Of a stretch of 34,063 bases of DNA, positions 1-8,761 are shown in pieces. Origin of the DNA: an uncultured Cytophagia bacterium (GTDB lineage Bacteria > Zhuqueibacterota > Zhuqueibacteria > Thermofontimicrobiales > Thermofontimicrobiaceae); NCBI GenBank assembly GCA_964571835.1, contig CAZNDR010000001.1, positions 1 through 34,063 on the forward strand, in the 5' to 3' direction. The position numbers and the translations under genes were made by a program. The stretch's first letter is position 1. Every line of letters starts with the position of its first letter. The notes under the pieces were generated by a model. That model saw only the letters and a program-made list of their open reading frames with translations. It ran no database searches and had not been told where the DNA came from.

Positions 1-386
1 TGGGCTACAGACAGGTGATAACTAATCCGGAAATTAATCAATATCATGAAATTAAGGAACCTGATTACAGTTCGATTCAGCGGAATGAATTAAATCCTGA
101 TAGACCGTCAAACTTTGAATTGAAACAGAATTACCCTAATCCGTTTAATTCAAGCACAATAATCAAAATTATTTTATCTCAACAGTGTGAATTAAAATTG
201 ACCGTATTTGATGTAATGGGCAGAGAAGTAAATGTTCTGGTAAATAGAATGATGGAAGCCGGGGCCTATAATATCCGTTGGGATGGAACAGGTAGAATGG
301 GAGATAAATTACCCAGTGGCATTTATTTTTATCGAATGCAGGTTGATAATATTGTGCAAAATAAAAAACTAATCTGTGTGAGGTGA
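1..386 (+). CDS. C-terminal fragment (5' end outside window) of a CRTAC1/ASPIC-UnbV-type secreted protein with a T9SS C-terminal sorting domain
   Basis: Frame 3 is open from the window edge to TGA 384-386. The translation ...ITNPEINQYHEIKEPD...FELKQNYPNPFNSSTIIK...SGIYFYRMQV is the end of an UnbV/ASPIC module plus a type-A T9SS CTD. Nt 1-55 are identical to 1827-1881 of the next gene. Confidence 0.75.
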   Translation, partial: GYRQVITNPEINQYHEIKEPDYSSIQRNELNPDRPSNFELKQNYPNPFNSSTIIKIILSQQCELKLTVFDVMGREVNVLVNRMMEAGAYNIRWDGTGRMGDKLPSGIYFYRMQVDNIVQNKKLICVR

Positions 387-403
387 TTTTCGGAGCAATT
401 ATA

Positions 404-2212
404 ATGTACAAAAATGTAACGCTACTAATGCTCGGTTTAATTTTATTCTTTATGATAATAAACACTGCTTATTCCCAAGACATCCCAGCGTTCGAAATCA
501 TCAATAACGAAAGGGTGGGACTCACGGTCGCGCCGTTTGAAAAATACGGCATGGCAGTTTCAGACATTGATCGCAATGGTTATCCGGATATTTTTTGCTT
601 GCGCTGGAAGACACCGGGGTACAGCCGAATTTATATCAATCAGAATGGCATATTTCATGACATCACGGATCAATCGCCGCTGTCACAAATTGAAGATGAG
701 GCTGTGGAAACCAATACTCGTACCACGCTATGGGTCGATTATGATAATGACGGTGATCGCGATTTAGCCATATCAACCAATAAAGATATCCACTTGCTAC
801 GTAATGATAATAATACCTTTACTGAGGTTTCAGCGCAAGCAGGATTCGTCGGACACATACCACCAGGTTTTATCGTTAATTGGGATTACTCGATTGGCGG
901 CTGGGCTGATTATGACCTTGATGGCGATCTCGATTGTATTATATCTCAAGTAAACAATCCCGATCTTTATCTATTCCGAAATGATAACGGCATTTTTACT
1001 GACGCTGCAGTTGAAGCAGGGCTGACCGGAACAATCCTGGCAGCCAGCAGCCGGCTAACCTGGATCGATATTGATCTGGATGGAGATCCAGATTTGTACG
1101 GCTCATACCAAGTGTTTCGCAATGATGATGGCGTGTTCACAGATATCACTGCAGAGTTGGGCTTGGCAGGAATAACCGATGTCGGCTGGCGAGAGTTTTT
1201 CGATTATGATAATGATGGAGATTTTGATTATTTCAAAGCAGTGAGTGATCCGGGCGCCGCAGGAACAAATGAAGTATGGGAAAATCAAAACGGCTTTTTT
1301 GTCAATGTTACCGATGAGGTTGGATTGACGCTCAGTCGCGATCGCTACCGCAGCATGACCATCGGCGATTTTGACAATGATGGCGACCAGGATATATTTC
1401 TGCAATTAAATATCGATCCCAGTTTGGATGTGCTTTTAGTGAATGACGAAGTAGCTCCGGGCGAAAGAGCATTTGCCGATGTTGCCGAATTTGTTGGTAT
1501 CACAAAGACGGGCGACCGCAAAGGATCGGTATTTTTCGACTATGACCGTGATGGTTTTCTGGACATCTATCTGCCGTCAGCCGAGCATAATCACATCCTG
1601 TATCATAATCTGGGCGGGAATAATGCTAACTGGATCGGATTAATACTTGAAGGGACAAAGTCGAATCGAGATGCTGTTGGCAGCCTGGTGACAATTTATA
1701 CCGGAGAAAAAAAGCAAATTCGCTATACCAAATGTGGCAATGGTTTTGTTAGGCAGGATAATCCCTGGGTGCATTTTGGAATTGGTTTTGCCACAGCCGT
1801 TGATTCTATTGTCATCCGCTGGCCGCTGGGCTACAGACAGGTGATAACTAATCCGGAAATTAATCAATATCATGAAATTAAAGAGCCGGATTTAAGTTCA
1901 GTCAAAGCGAATGAGAATGCATCGGCCTTTATCAACACCTGTTTGCTTTTTCAGAATTATCCCAATCCATTCAATTTGAGCACAAAAATAGCTTATGAAA
2001 TTTCTCAACCATCACATGTCACACTAGAAATTTTTGATATGACTGGCAAAAGACTAACTACTGTAGTTAATAAAATGCAGCCGGCTGGTCATTTTGAAAA
2101 TGAGTGGAATGGATTTGATCGGGAAAATAACGAACTCCCGACAGGAGTCTATTTTTATCGTATGAGAGCAAATGATTTTACTTATACAAAAAAAATGATA
2201 CTGGCAAAATAA
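404..2212 (+). CDS. FG-GAP/VCBS repeat protein with ASPIC/UnbV module (CRTAC1 family) and T9SS C-terminal sorting domain
   Basis: The ORF spans 383-2212; the likely start is ATG 404, giving signal peptide MYKNVTLLMLGLILFFMIINTAYSQ. It has repeated Ca-binding loops DYDNDGDRD, DYDLDGDLD, DIDLDGDPD, DYDNDGDFD, DFDNDGDQD and DYDRDGFLD. The UnbV/ASPIC part reads GTKSNRDAVGSLVTIY...VIRWPLGYRQ. The CTD reads FQNYPNPFNLSTKI...GVYFYRM. Confidence 0.85.
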   Translation: MYKNVTLLMLGLILFFMIINTAYSQDIPAFEIINNERVGLTVAPFEKYGMAVSDIDRNGYPDIFCLRWKTPGYSRIYINQNGIFHDITDQSPLSQIEDEAVETNTRTTLWVDYDNDGDRDLAISTNKDIHLLRNDNNTFTEVSAQAGFVGHIPPGFIVNWDYSIGGWADYDLDGDLDCIISQVNNPDLYLFRNDNGIFTDAAVEAGLTGTILAASSRLTWIDIDLDGDPDLYGSYQVFRNDDGVFTDITAELGLAGITDVGWREFFDYDNDGDFDYFKAVSDPGAAGTNEVWENQNGFFVNVTDEVGLTLSRDRYRSMTIGDFDNDGDQDIFLQLNIDPSLDVLLVNDEVAPGERAFADVAEFVGITKTGDRKGSVFFDYDRDGFLDIYLPSAEHNHILYHNLGGNNANWIGLILEGTKSNRDAVGSLVTIYTGEKKQIRYTKCGNGFVRQDNPWVHFGIGFATAVDSIVIRWPLGYRQVITNPEINQYHEIKEPDLSSVKANENASAFINTCLLFQNYPNPFNLSTKIAYEISQPSHVTLEIFDMTGKRLTTVVNKMQPAGHFENEWNGFDRENNELPTGVYFYRMRANDFTYTKKMILAK

Positions 2213-2300
2213 TTCGTAGCATAATAAAAGAACGTCCAAGAGAAAGTAAAATAATTTTAAATAGAAATTAACTGACAATGATTTACTCATTTCCAGGAGA

Positions 2301-3353
2301 ATGCCAATGAAGCAAAAAGGATTGTTATGTTTCGTTTCACTTTTCTGTTTTATTGTTCTTTTAACGTTGAGCTATGGGCAAGAAAGCTCTTCGGCTGCGA
2401 GCAATGTTTCCAATACTGGCACAACAGTGGCAACTTTCCTTGAGATTGGCGCGGGCGCGCGAGCGCAAGCTTTGGGTGGCGCTTTCACTTCGGTCGCCGA
2501 TGATGCCACAGCCATGTATTGGAATCCGGCTGGAATTTCACGATTAGGCCGGTTAGAGGCAACCTTTAATTATGCCAATTGGTTTGTTGAAACGCAATAC
2601 GCTTATGCTGGAGTTGTCGTGCCGGCAGGAAATCGGTTTGCCGTGGGATTGAATGTTACACATTTTGATTTTGGAGAACAAGACGTTCGTACCATCGACC
2701 GTCCCGAAGGCACCGGCGAAGTTTATGGTGCTAACGATATCGCTTTGGGTTTGGCTTTTGCCATGAATTTGACGGATCGTTTTTCTTTTGGTTTTAATTT
2801 TAAATACATAAATCAAAAAATTTGGCATGAAAGCGCTACTGGCGCGGCCATGGATTTGGGCGCATTGTATGATACGCCACTGAAAGGATTGAGATTGGGT
2901 TTCGCAGTACAAAATTTTGGAACAGATATGAGCTTATCAGGAAGAGACTTGCGCCGCGCTTACGATCCGGATCCGCTCCATTATGGCAATGATGCTATTA
3001 ATGTAAATTATGAAACAGATAGTTTCTCTTTGCCACTCAAATTTCGTTTTGGCGCTTCTTACAAAATCAATTTGTCCAGCGCTCATTCGTTGCTGATAGT
3101 GTCAGATGTGATTCATCCCAGCAACAATTCGGAATCAGTGAATTTAGGCTGTGAATATGCCGCCTTTAATACTTTTCAATTGCGCGCTGGCTATGAATCA
3201 CTATTTGAAAGAGATAGTATCAGTGGTTTAAGTCTTGGCGCTGGTCTTCATTATAAACTGCAAGGTGCGATGACAATTTTATTCGATTATGGCTGGGTCG
3301 ATTGGGGTCCATTTTCCAGCGTAAATCGGTTTTCATTGGGTATGGCCTTTTAA
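2301..3353 (+). CDS. PorV/PorQ-family (UPF0164-like) outer-membrane beta-barrel protein
   Basis: It has a signal peptide (LLCFVSLFCFIVLLTLSYGQ) and the hallmark N-terminal motif TFLEIGAGARAQALGGAFTSVADDATAMYWNPAGI. The rest shows an alternating beta-strand pattern and ends in an aromatic residue (SLGMAF). ATG 2307 fits the SD CCAGGAGA slightly better than ATG 2301. Confidence 0.7.
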   Translation: MPMKQKGLLCFVSLFCFIVLLTLSYGQESSSAASNVSNTGTTVATFLEIGAGARAQALGGAFTSVADDATAMYWNPAGISRLGRLEATFNYANWFVETQYAYAGVVVPAGNRFAVGLNVTHFDFGEQDVRTIDRPEGTGEVYGANDIALGLAFAMNLTDRFSFGFNFKYINQKIWHESATGAAMDLGALYDTPLKGLRLGFAVQNFGTDMSLSGRDLRRAYDPDPLHYGNDAINVNYETDSFSLPLKFRFGASYKINLSSAHSLLIVSDVIHPSNNSESVNLGCEYAAFNTFQLRAGYESLFERDSISGLSLGAGLHYKLQGAMTILFDYGWVDWGPFSSVNRFSLGMAF

Positions 3354-3669
3354 TTTATTTTTGTTAATTTGCTGAGCAGATAAATTTCATGAGATTGTAA
3401 TGAATCTTTAAGGTGGTTTTAATTTCCCCTAGTTAATATGAGATTTGAATGATATTCAAATTGTCATGTTGTTTTTTTCACTCACTTAGTAATTCAAACA
3501 AATGAAAGGGGGTGAAGGTTTTTTAAAACATCTACCTATTAAATAGTTTTTCGTTCTTAATTTAATTTACCAGGTAGTATAAAAAGAACTCGGGAAGGAG
3601 GTGAGAAGAATTATTATATCTGTAAATTTTAATTAACCGCTTCACGATTAAAAAATTTGGAGGAGATTT

Positions 3670-6600
3670 ATGAACAAAATCTATTGTACAATTGTTGGCT
3701 TGCTGTTAGTCAGTCTGATGGCCGTGCCGGTTTTGGCTCAAGAAGTTGAACCAAACGACACCATAGTCAATGCAAGTCCACTCACACTCAACGTGTTGTG
3801 TGATGCTCAATTATCAGTGGCTGATACTATTGACTTTTTCAGTGTTGACGTTGAGAATACCAATATGTACTTAATAGGTACGGTTACAAATTTCGTATTC
3901 AATGCTGAAAAAGTCCTGAATATGGATGTCGTCGGTGCCGATGGTGTGAGCGTTTTAAATTCAAGTCCCAATGGGCGCTATAAAAATTTTGGCGCCCGGC
4001 TGACCGGATGGATTCCGCCGGCAACCGGTACGTATTATGTCAAGATTTGGAGTACTGAAGCAACACTTGCTACAGTGGCAGATGCCAGTTATCAGATGCG
4101 TTTTTGGTACGGAACACCGATAGCGACCATGATGGTTCGTGAGCCCGATAATACGGCGGCAGAATCGGATGCTTTCGGAGATACTCCAACGGACGGTACA
4201 AAGATATATGGCTATATTTACAATGATTATACTGAAGCCGACACTTTCCGGACTAACTGGAATGATATCGATTTGTACCGGATAACCGTGCCCCAAGCCG
4301 GTATGAAAATTATTGCGGAGACATTCACACCCGCTCTTGAGGATCATCCGACCTGGGTTCGCGATACAGATACGAAAATATATCTGTTCGATGCAGCGGG
4401 AAATGTGACGCCGATTAATAACGATGACAAGGATCCTTGGACTGGTGATCCCTGGGATGACAAGGCGGGTTGGTTTAGTAATACGTGTTCCCGTTTTGTA
4501 TCGCCTGAAGTTCCAGCCGCGGGTACCTATTACGTCGGTGTCGCTTCAGTTTACAACTCAATAGCGGGATTAGAAACTCGGAAGCCGCACGAAAGTGATA
4601 AGAATCCTGGTGGTGGCGAGTATTATGTATCGGTGAAAGTTGTAAGTGCAAACGATCCCAGTTTAGTGGCGCAGAACTTACCTCTCAATGAAATGAAGGA
4701 CGGTTCTATTTCTGCTTCTGACACCATGGATGTCTGGTCGATTTATGCCGAATCCGATAAGATGTACTCCATAGCCACGCAAACTGATCCGGCTGTGTTC
4801 AATGCGAAGAGCGTGCTAAAAATGGACGTTGTTGACGAAAATAACGTTAGCGTTTTGAATTCCAGTCCGGCTGGTCGCTATGAAAAGTTCGGCTGCATTC
4901 TGCGCGGATGGGTGCCCGATGTGACAGGCGTCTATTATGTCAAGATTTGGGGGACCCAGGCAGCGTTGGCGGCTGAGGCAAATCCAGCCTATCAGATGCG
5001 TTTCTGGTATGGCACGCCACTTGAAGTTGCAACGACAGTACACGAACCGGACGATTCTGTTGAAGTAGCAGTGAATCTCCCGGCGATTCCCACTGATGGC
5101 ACGATTATTCGCGGCTATCTGTACAATAATTATGTTGAAGGCGATACCTTCCGAACTAACTGGAATGATTTTGATCTGTACAAGGTGGAAGTCCCTGAAG
5201 CGGGAATGATTATGACCGCAGAAACATTTACCCCCGGTCGCGAATATGGTCATCCGGAATGGATTCGCGAGACGGACACCGAGATCATTTTATTAGATGC
5301 TGCCGGTGTGGCGACACCAATTAAAAATGATGACAAGGATGTTTGGATCGGTGATCCGTGGGAGAATATTTTAGGTTTTAACAACACCTTTTCTCGATTT
5401 GTATCACCGCCGATTCCAAGTGCGGGTACTTGGTACGTTCATGTTGCTTCGTACTATAATAGTCGAATTCGCACCAGCAAACCGCATGAGAGCCATAGGA
5501 ATGCTGGTGGTGGAGAGTATTTATTATCGGTCAGGTTAGTGAAAGCCGATGATCCCAGCTTGGTAGCGCAAGTTTTGCCGCTCAATGAAATGAAGGCTGG
5601 TTCGGTTTCAGCTTCTGATACGATGGACGTATGGGCGATTTTTGCTGAAAATGACAAGATGTACACTTTAGCCACCCAAACTGATCCGGCAGTCTTCAAT
5701 GCGAAAAATGTTTTGAAGATGGACGTGGTCACAGAAAACAATGTTAGCATTTTGAACTCCAGTCCGTCTGGTCGCTATGAGAACTTTGGCTGCATTCTGC
5801 GCGGATGGGTGCCCGATGTGACAGGCGTCTATTATGTCAAGATTTGGGGGACCCAGGCAGCGTTGGCGGCTGAGGCAAATCCAGCCTATCAGATGCGTTT
5901 CTGGTATGGCACGCCACTTGAAGTTGCAGCTAAAGTCCATGAACCAGATGACTCAGCTTCAGTGGCAGTAGCTCTCCCGGCAATTCCCACTGATGGCACG
6001 GTTATTCGCGGCTATCTGTACAATAATTATGTTGAAGGCGATACCTTCCGAACCAACTGGAATGATTTTGACTTGTATAAAGTTGAAGTTCCCACCGCAG
6101 GCATGATCCTTACTGCTGAGACAGTCACGCCTGGCCGGCTCTATGATCATCCAGAGTGGATTCGCGAGACAGATACCGAGATCATCTTATTGGATGGAGC
6201 CGGCGTAGCAACTCCGATTAAAAACGATGACAAGGATGTGTGGGCCGGTGATCCCTGGGAAAATATTCTCGGATTTAACAACACCTTTTCTCGATTTGTA
6301 TCGCCGCCAATTCCAGCTGCAGGGACCTATTATATTCATGTCGGTTCGTACTACAACAGCAGAATTCGCTCCAGCAAACCACATGAAAGCCATAGAAATG
6401 CAGGTGGTGGTGAATATTTGCTTTCAGTTTCTTTGACTATGCCAAAAGAGCAAGAGCCAAATAATGATATGGCCTCTGCTAATGTCATTGATCTGCAGAC
6501 CATCACTGATGCGGCGCTAGCTGCTGATGATTCAGTCGATTACTTCAAATTCTGGGCAGATGGCGATAAGATGTACACCCTTAATACCATTGCTCCTCGT

Positions 6601-7641
6601 GGCAAGACGTTAAAGAGTGTCATCAAAATGCAAGTATTCAATGAGAGTGGTGTGAATGTGCTTAATGCTGATCCTTCAGGTCGCTACGAAATGTGGGGCG
6701 CCCGCTTAAGTGGTTGGATTCCTCCTGAATCTGGCAATTATTTTGCTAGGATTCTTGCCATCGTGACTGAAGAGACAAAGTATCAGATCAGATTATGGTA
6801 TGGCACACCATTGCAGGTGGCAAGAAAAGTTCATGAGCCAGACGATTCTGTTGCTGTTGCCTCAGCCATGGAAGCGATCGATTTGACAACAGGTCCGTTT
6901 GAAATTCACTCGTACCTGTACAATCATTTCGTAGATACGCTGGGCAAGGTTTACAACTGGAATGACTATGATCTGTACAAAGTCAAGTTAGCGGCTGGTG
7001 ATACTTTGGTGGCAGAGACATTTACTGCCGGGCCGGATAGTACCATTCGCGATCTTGATACAGAGATAATCTTGCTAACTGAAGATGGAACCGTTACGCC
7101 TATTAAAGATGATGATAAGGTCGCCTGGGCCGGAGATGATTGGGAAAATATTTTGGGATTCAATAATACTTTCTCGAGATTCATCACACCTCCAATTCCG
7201 GCGGCCGGTATTTATTACGTTCAGGTTAATTCCTATTTTAACAGCCGCAATCGCACCAGCAAGTACACAGAGAGTGACAGAAATACTGGTGGCGGTGAAT
7301 ACAGATTTAAGATGAATCTGAAAACTGGCACTGGTGTTGCTGACAATAGCAGCAATATTCCGACGAAATTCGAGTTATCTCAGAACTATCCCAATCCCTT
7401 TAATCCGACAACGACCATCAAATACTCCATTCCGAAAAACGAACTGGTGAAATTGACGATCTATAATATGTTGGGTCAGCGGGTTGCGATATTAGTCAAT
7501 GAGAAACAAGAGGCCGGTAGATATTCAGTTATATGGGATGGAATGAATTCACAGGGACAATTGATGACTTCAGGTGTTTATCTGTTCAAGCTTGAAGCTG
7601 GTTCAAATGTCCAGGTCAATAAGATGATTCTGTTGAAGTAA
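3670..7641 (+). CDS. 1323-aa secreted T9SS cargo protein: four tandem ~299-aa units, each with two pre-peptidase C-terminal (PPC)-like domains, plus a T9SS CTD
   Basis: SD GGAGGAG lies 6 nt upstream of the ATG, and the signal peptide ends VPVLAQ. PPC-like starts (EPNDT, HEPDDS, EPNND, REPDN) each precede D-x-D-x-[FYW] motifs, and the GGGEY motif recurs. The CTD (7354-7638) reads FELSQNYPNPFNPTTTIKYSIP...SGVYLFKLEAG. Confidence 0.85.
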   Translation: MNKIYCTIVGLLLVSLMAVPVLAQEVEPNDTIVNASPLTLNVLCDAQLSVADTIDFFSVDVENTNMYLIGTVTNFVFNAEKVLNMDVVGADGVSVLNSSPNGRYKNFGARLTGWIPPATGTYYVKIWSTEATLATVADASYQMRFWYGTPIATMMVREPDNTAAESDAFGDTPTDGTKIYGYIYNDYTEADTFRTNWNDIDLYRITVPQAGMKIIAETFTPALEDHPTWVRDTDTKIYLFDAAGNVTPINNDDKDPWTGDPWDDKAGWFSNTCSRFVSPEVPAAGTYYVGVASVYNSIAGLETRKPHESDKNPGGGEYYVSVKVVSANDPSLVAQNLPLNEMKDGSISASDTMDVWSIYAESDKMYSIATQTDPAVFNAKSVLKMDVVDENNVSVLNSSPAGRYEKFGCILRGWVPDVTGVYYVKIWGTQAALAAEANPAYQMRFWYGTPLEVATTVHEPDDSVEVAVNLPAIPTDGTIIRGYLYNNYVEGDTFRTNWNDFDLYKVEVPEAGMIMTAETFTPGREYGHPEWIRETDTEIILLDAAGVATPIKNDDKDVWIGDPWENILGFNNTFSRFVSPPIPSAGTWYVHVASYYNSRIRTSKPHESHRNAGGGEYLLSVRLVKADDPSLVAQVLPLNEMKAGSVSASDTMDVWAIFAENDKMYTLATQTDPAVFNAKNVLKMDVVTENNVSILNSSPSGRYENFGCILRGWVPDVTGVYYVKIWGTQAALAAEANPAYQMRFWYGTPLEVAAKVHEPDDSASVAVALPAIPTDGTVIRGYLYNNYVEGDTFRTNWNDFDLYKVEVPTAGMILTAETVTPGRLYDHPEWIRETDTEIILLDGAGVATPIKNDDKDVWAGDPWENILGFNNTFSRFVSPPIPAAGTYYIHVGSYYNSRIRSSKPHESHRNAGGGEYLLSVSLTMPKEQEPNNDMASANVIDLQTITDAALAADDSVDYFKFWADGDKMYTLNTIAPRGKTLKSVIKMQVFNESGVNVLNADPSGRYEMWGARLSGWIPPESGNYFARILAIVTEETKYQIRLWYGTPLQVARKVHEPDDSVAVASAMEAIDLTTGPFEIHSYLYNHFVDTLGKVYNWNDYDLYKVKLAAGDTLVAETFTAGPDSTIRDLDTEIILLTEDGTVTPIKDDDKVAWAGDDWENILGFNNTFSRFITPPIPAAGIYYVQVNSYFNSRNRTSKYTESDRNTGGGEYRFKMNLKTGTGVADNSSNIPTKFELSQNYPNPFNPTTTIKYSIPKNELVKLTIYNMLGQRVAILVNEKQEAGRYSVIWDGMNSQGQLMTSGVYLFKLEAGSNVQVNKMILLK
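3742..7320 (+). repeat. Four in-frame tandem coding repeats of ~897 nt (unit starts ~3742, 4648, 5545, 6442)
   Basis: Aligning the translated units by eye gives a 5545-4648 = 897 nt period. Units 1 and 4 are diverged; units 2 and 3 are near-identical. Confidence 0.9.
4648..6441 (+). repeat. Near-identical repeat units 2 and 3, including a 141-nt perfectly identical block (4891-5031 = 5788-5928)
   Basis: Direct nucleotide comparison shows the stretch ggctgcattctgcgcggatgggtgcccgatgtgacagg...cacttgaagttgca is identical in both units. Confidence 0.9.
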
Positions 7642-7682
7642 TTGATGTCTATCGATTCTTGATGACATGGTTTTAAAAGAAA

Positions 7683-7731
7683 AGCTCGGAAGATAGCTTT
7701 ATTACATTTCTTCCGGGCTTTTTCTTTTTTC
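7683..7731 (+). terminator. Rho-independent terminator of the giant cargo gene
   Basis: A 10-bp stem forms between AGCTCGGAAG (7683-7692) and CTTCCGGGCT (7710-7719) with one G-U pair. It is followed by TTTTCTTTTTT. Confidence 0.7.
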
Positions 7732-7788
7732 GTCCAGATCGCTTAGCATCAAAATACGGCTGGTTTCACTGACAAGGTGAGGTTTAAA

Positions 7789-8601
7789 ATGCCTAATACA
7801 TCTTTAAGACAAGCAGTTCGTTTGCATGTGCTAATGACATTTGTAATAAATTAGCTTTTCATTACGAACGGCTTTTCTTGGTACCAAAAAAATCACCAGA
7901 ACATGACCAGAGCTGCGATTGATTTGCTTTCAGAGTCGGATAAAGTATTTCTTGGCGAAGCGACCGATTCTTTGACTGATCAATTTTGTATGTACCCGGA
8001 TTGGCACAGAAATACCCTGCGCGATGGAAGAAAAGAGGAGGCGTCAAAATTTGAGCCTTACGTCTGTTTGCCCTTGCTGCAAGATTTGGGCACGTAGCAT
8101 AAAAATGAAAAAAATGATAGTGAAATTTGTTACTACCTTGTTTCGGCTGCCATGAGCAAAGCTATTGCTCAATTTCAATCTGGCAACAAAATGGAAGCAG
8201 CAAAATACTTGGGTCCTCTGGTGCACTTTATTGAGGATAATACCTCGCCAGTTCATGTAGTTGACACTAAGCTGCTGGCATAATTGCTGCCAGTGCCAGA
8301 AAAATTAGAACCTTTTGCTCTGCATCGAGCCGTGGAGGAACCGACATTTTTAATTCCAAAGCTTGATTATCAGCCGCAACTGCTGGGCTCGACCATTGAT
8401 GAAGCAGCCACGGCTCTGTTTGTGCGCTTTAAAGAAATGAGGATGTGGGCACGGGCTACCTGCGTGCCAATACTTAGAGCCATTTATGCCGATAATAGAG
8501 CAGAAGCCGATAAAGGCAGAGCTCAGGCTGCTCTGCTCTCGGTGAAACTAATCGCTGATCTCATTCCTACAATTTGCACTTTGGCACAAAATCACCAATA
8601 G
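7789..8601 (+). pseudogene. Zinc-dependent phospholipase C / P1-nuclease-fold family gene interrupted by three in-frame stops (TAG 7852, TAG 8095, TAA 8281)
   Basis: SD AAGGTGAGG precedes ATG 7789, and one frame is kept for 270 codons. Motifs include FSWYQKNHQNMTRAAIDLL, AAKYLGPLVHFIEDNTSPVH (compare B. cereus PLC FFYLGLSLHYLGDVNQPMH) and FALHRAVEE. The ORF track shows only fragments 7903-8097 and 8284-8601. Confidence 0.65.
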
Positions 8602-8761
8602 CTAATGATATTTTTTAAACCTTAGCCATGCACTTTTCGAGCTAACTCGATTTAGCGAAGCAGAGCGGAACTCTGGTTAGTTAACTGGCTGTGAACAATA
8701 ATTTAAAATGAAAAATAAATCAACTTTGGCCGAGTAGCCGAGTTATAAAATCAAATGCTTG

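Noticed and set aside
3961-6393. Minus-strand ORFs of 63-145 aa inside the giant gene (3961-4347, 4816-5253, 5454-5750, 5668-5940, 5959-6150, 6187-6393)
   Set aside because: These are antisense shadow ORFs that recur only because the sense-strand repeat recurs. They have no SD or start context and no recognisable motifs.
3742-7320. Large tandem repeat as a possible CRISPR or other non-coding array
   Set aside because: The period is 897 nt, in frame, inside one long ORF with conserved protein motifs. There are no short repeat-spacer units anywhere in the window.
7862-8256. Minus-strand ORFs 7862-8047 and 8044-8256
   Set aside because: They are antisense to the PLC-like reading frame, which carries recognisable zinc-site motifs. 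The minus-strand ORFs have no motifs or start signals.
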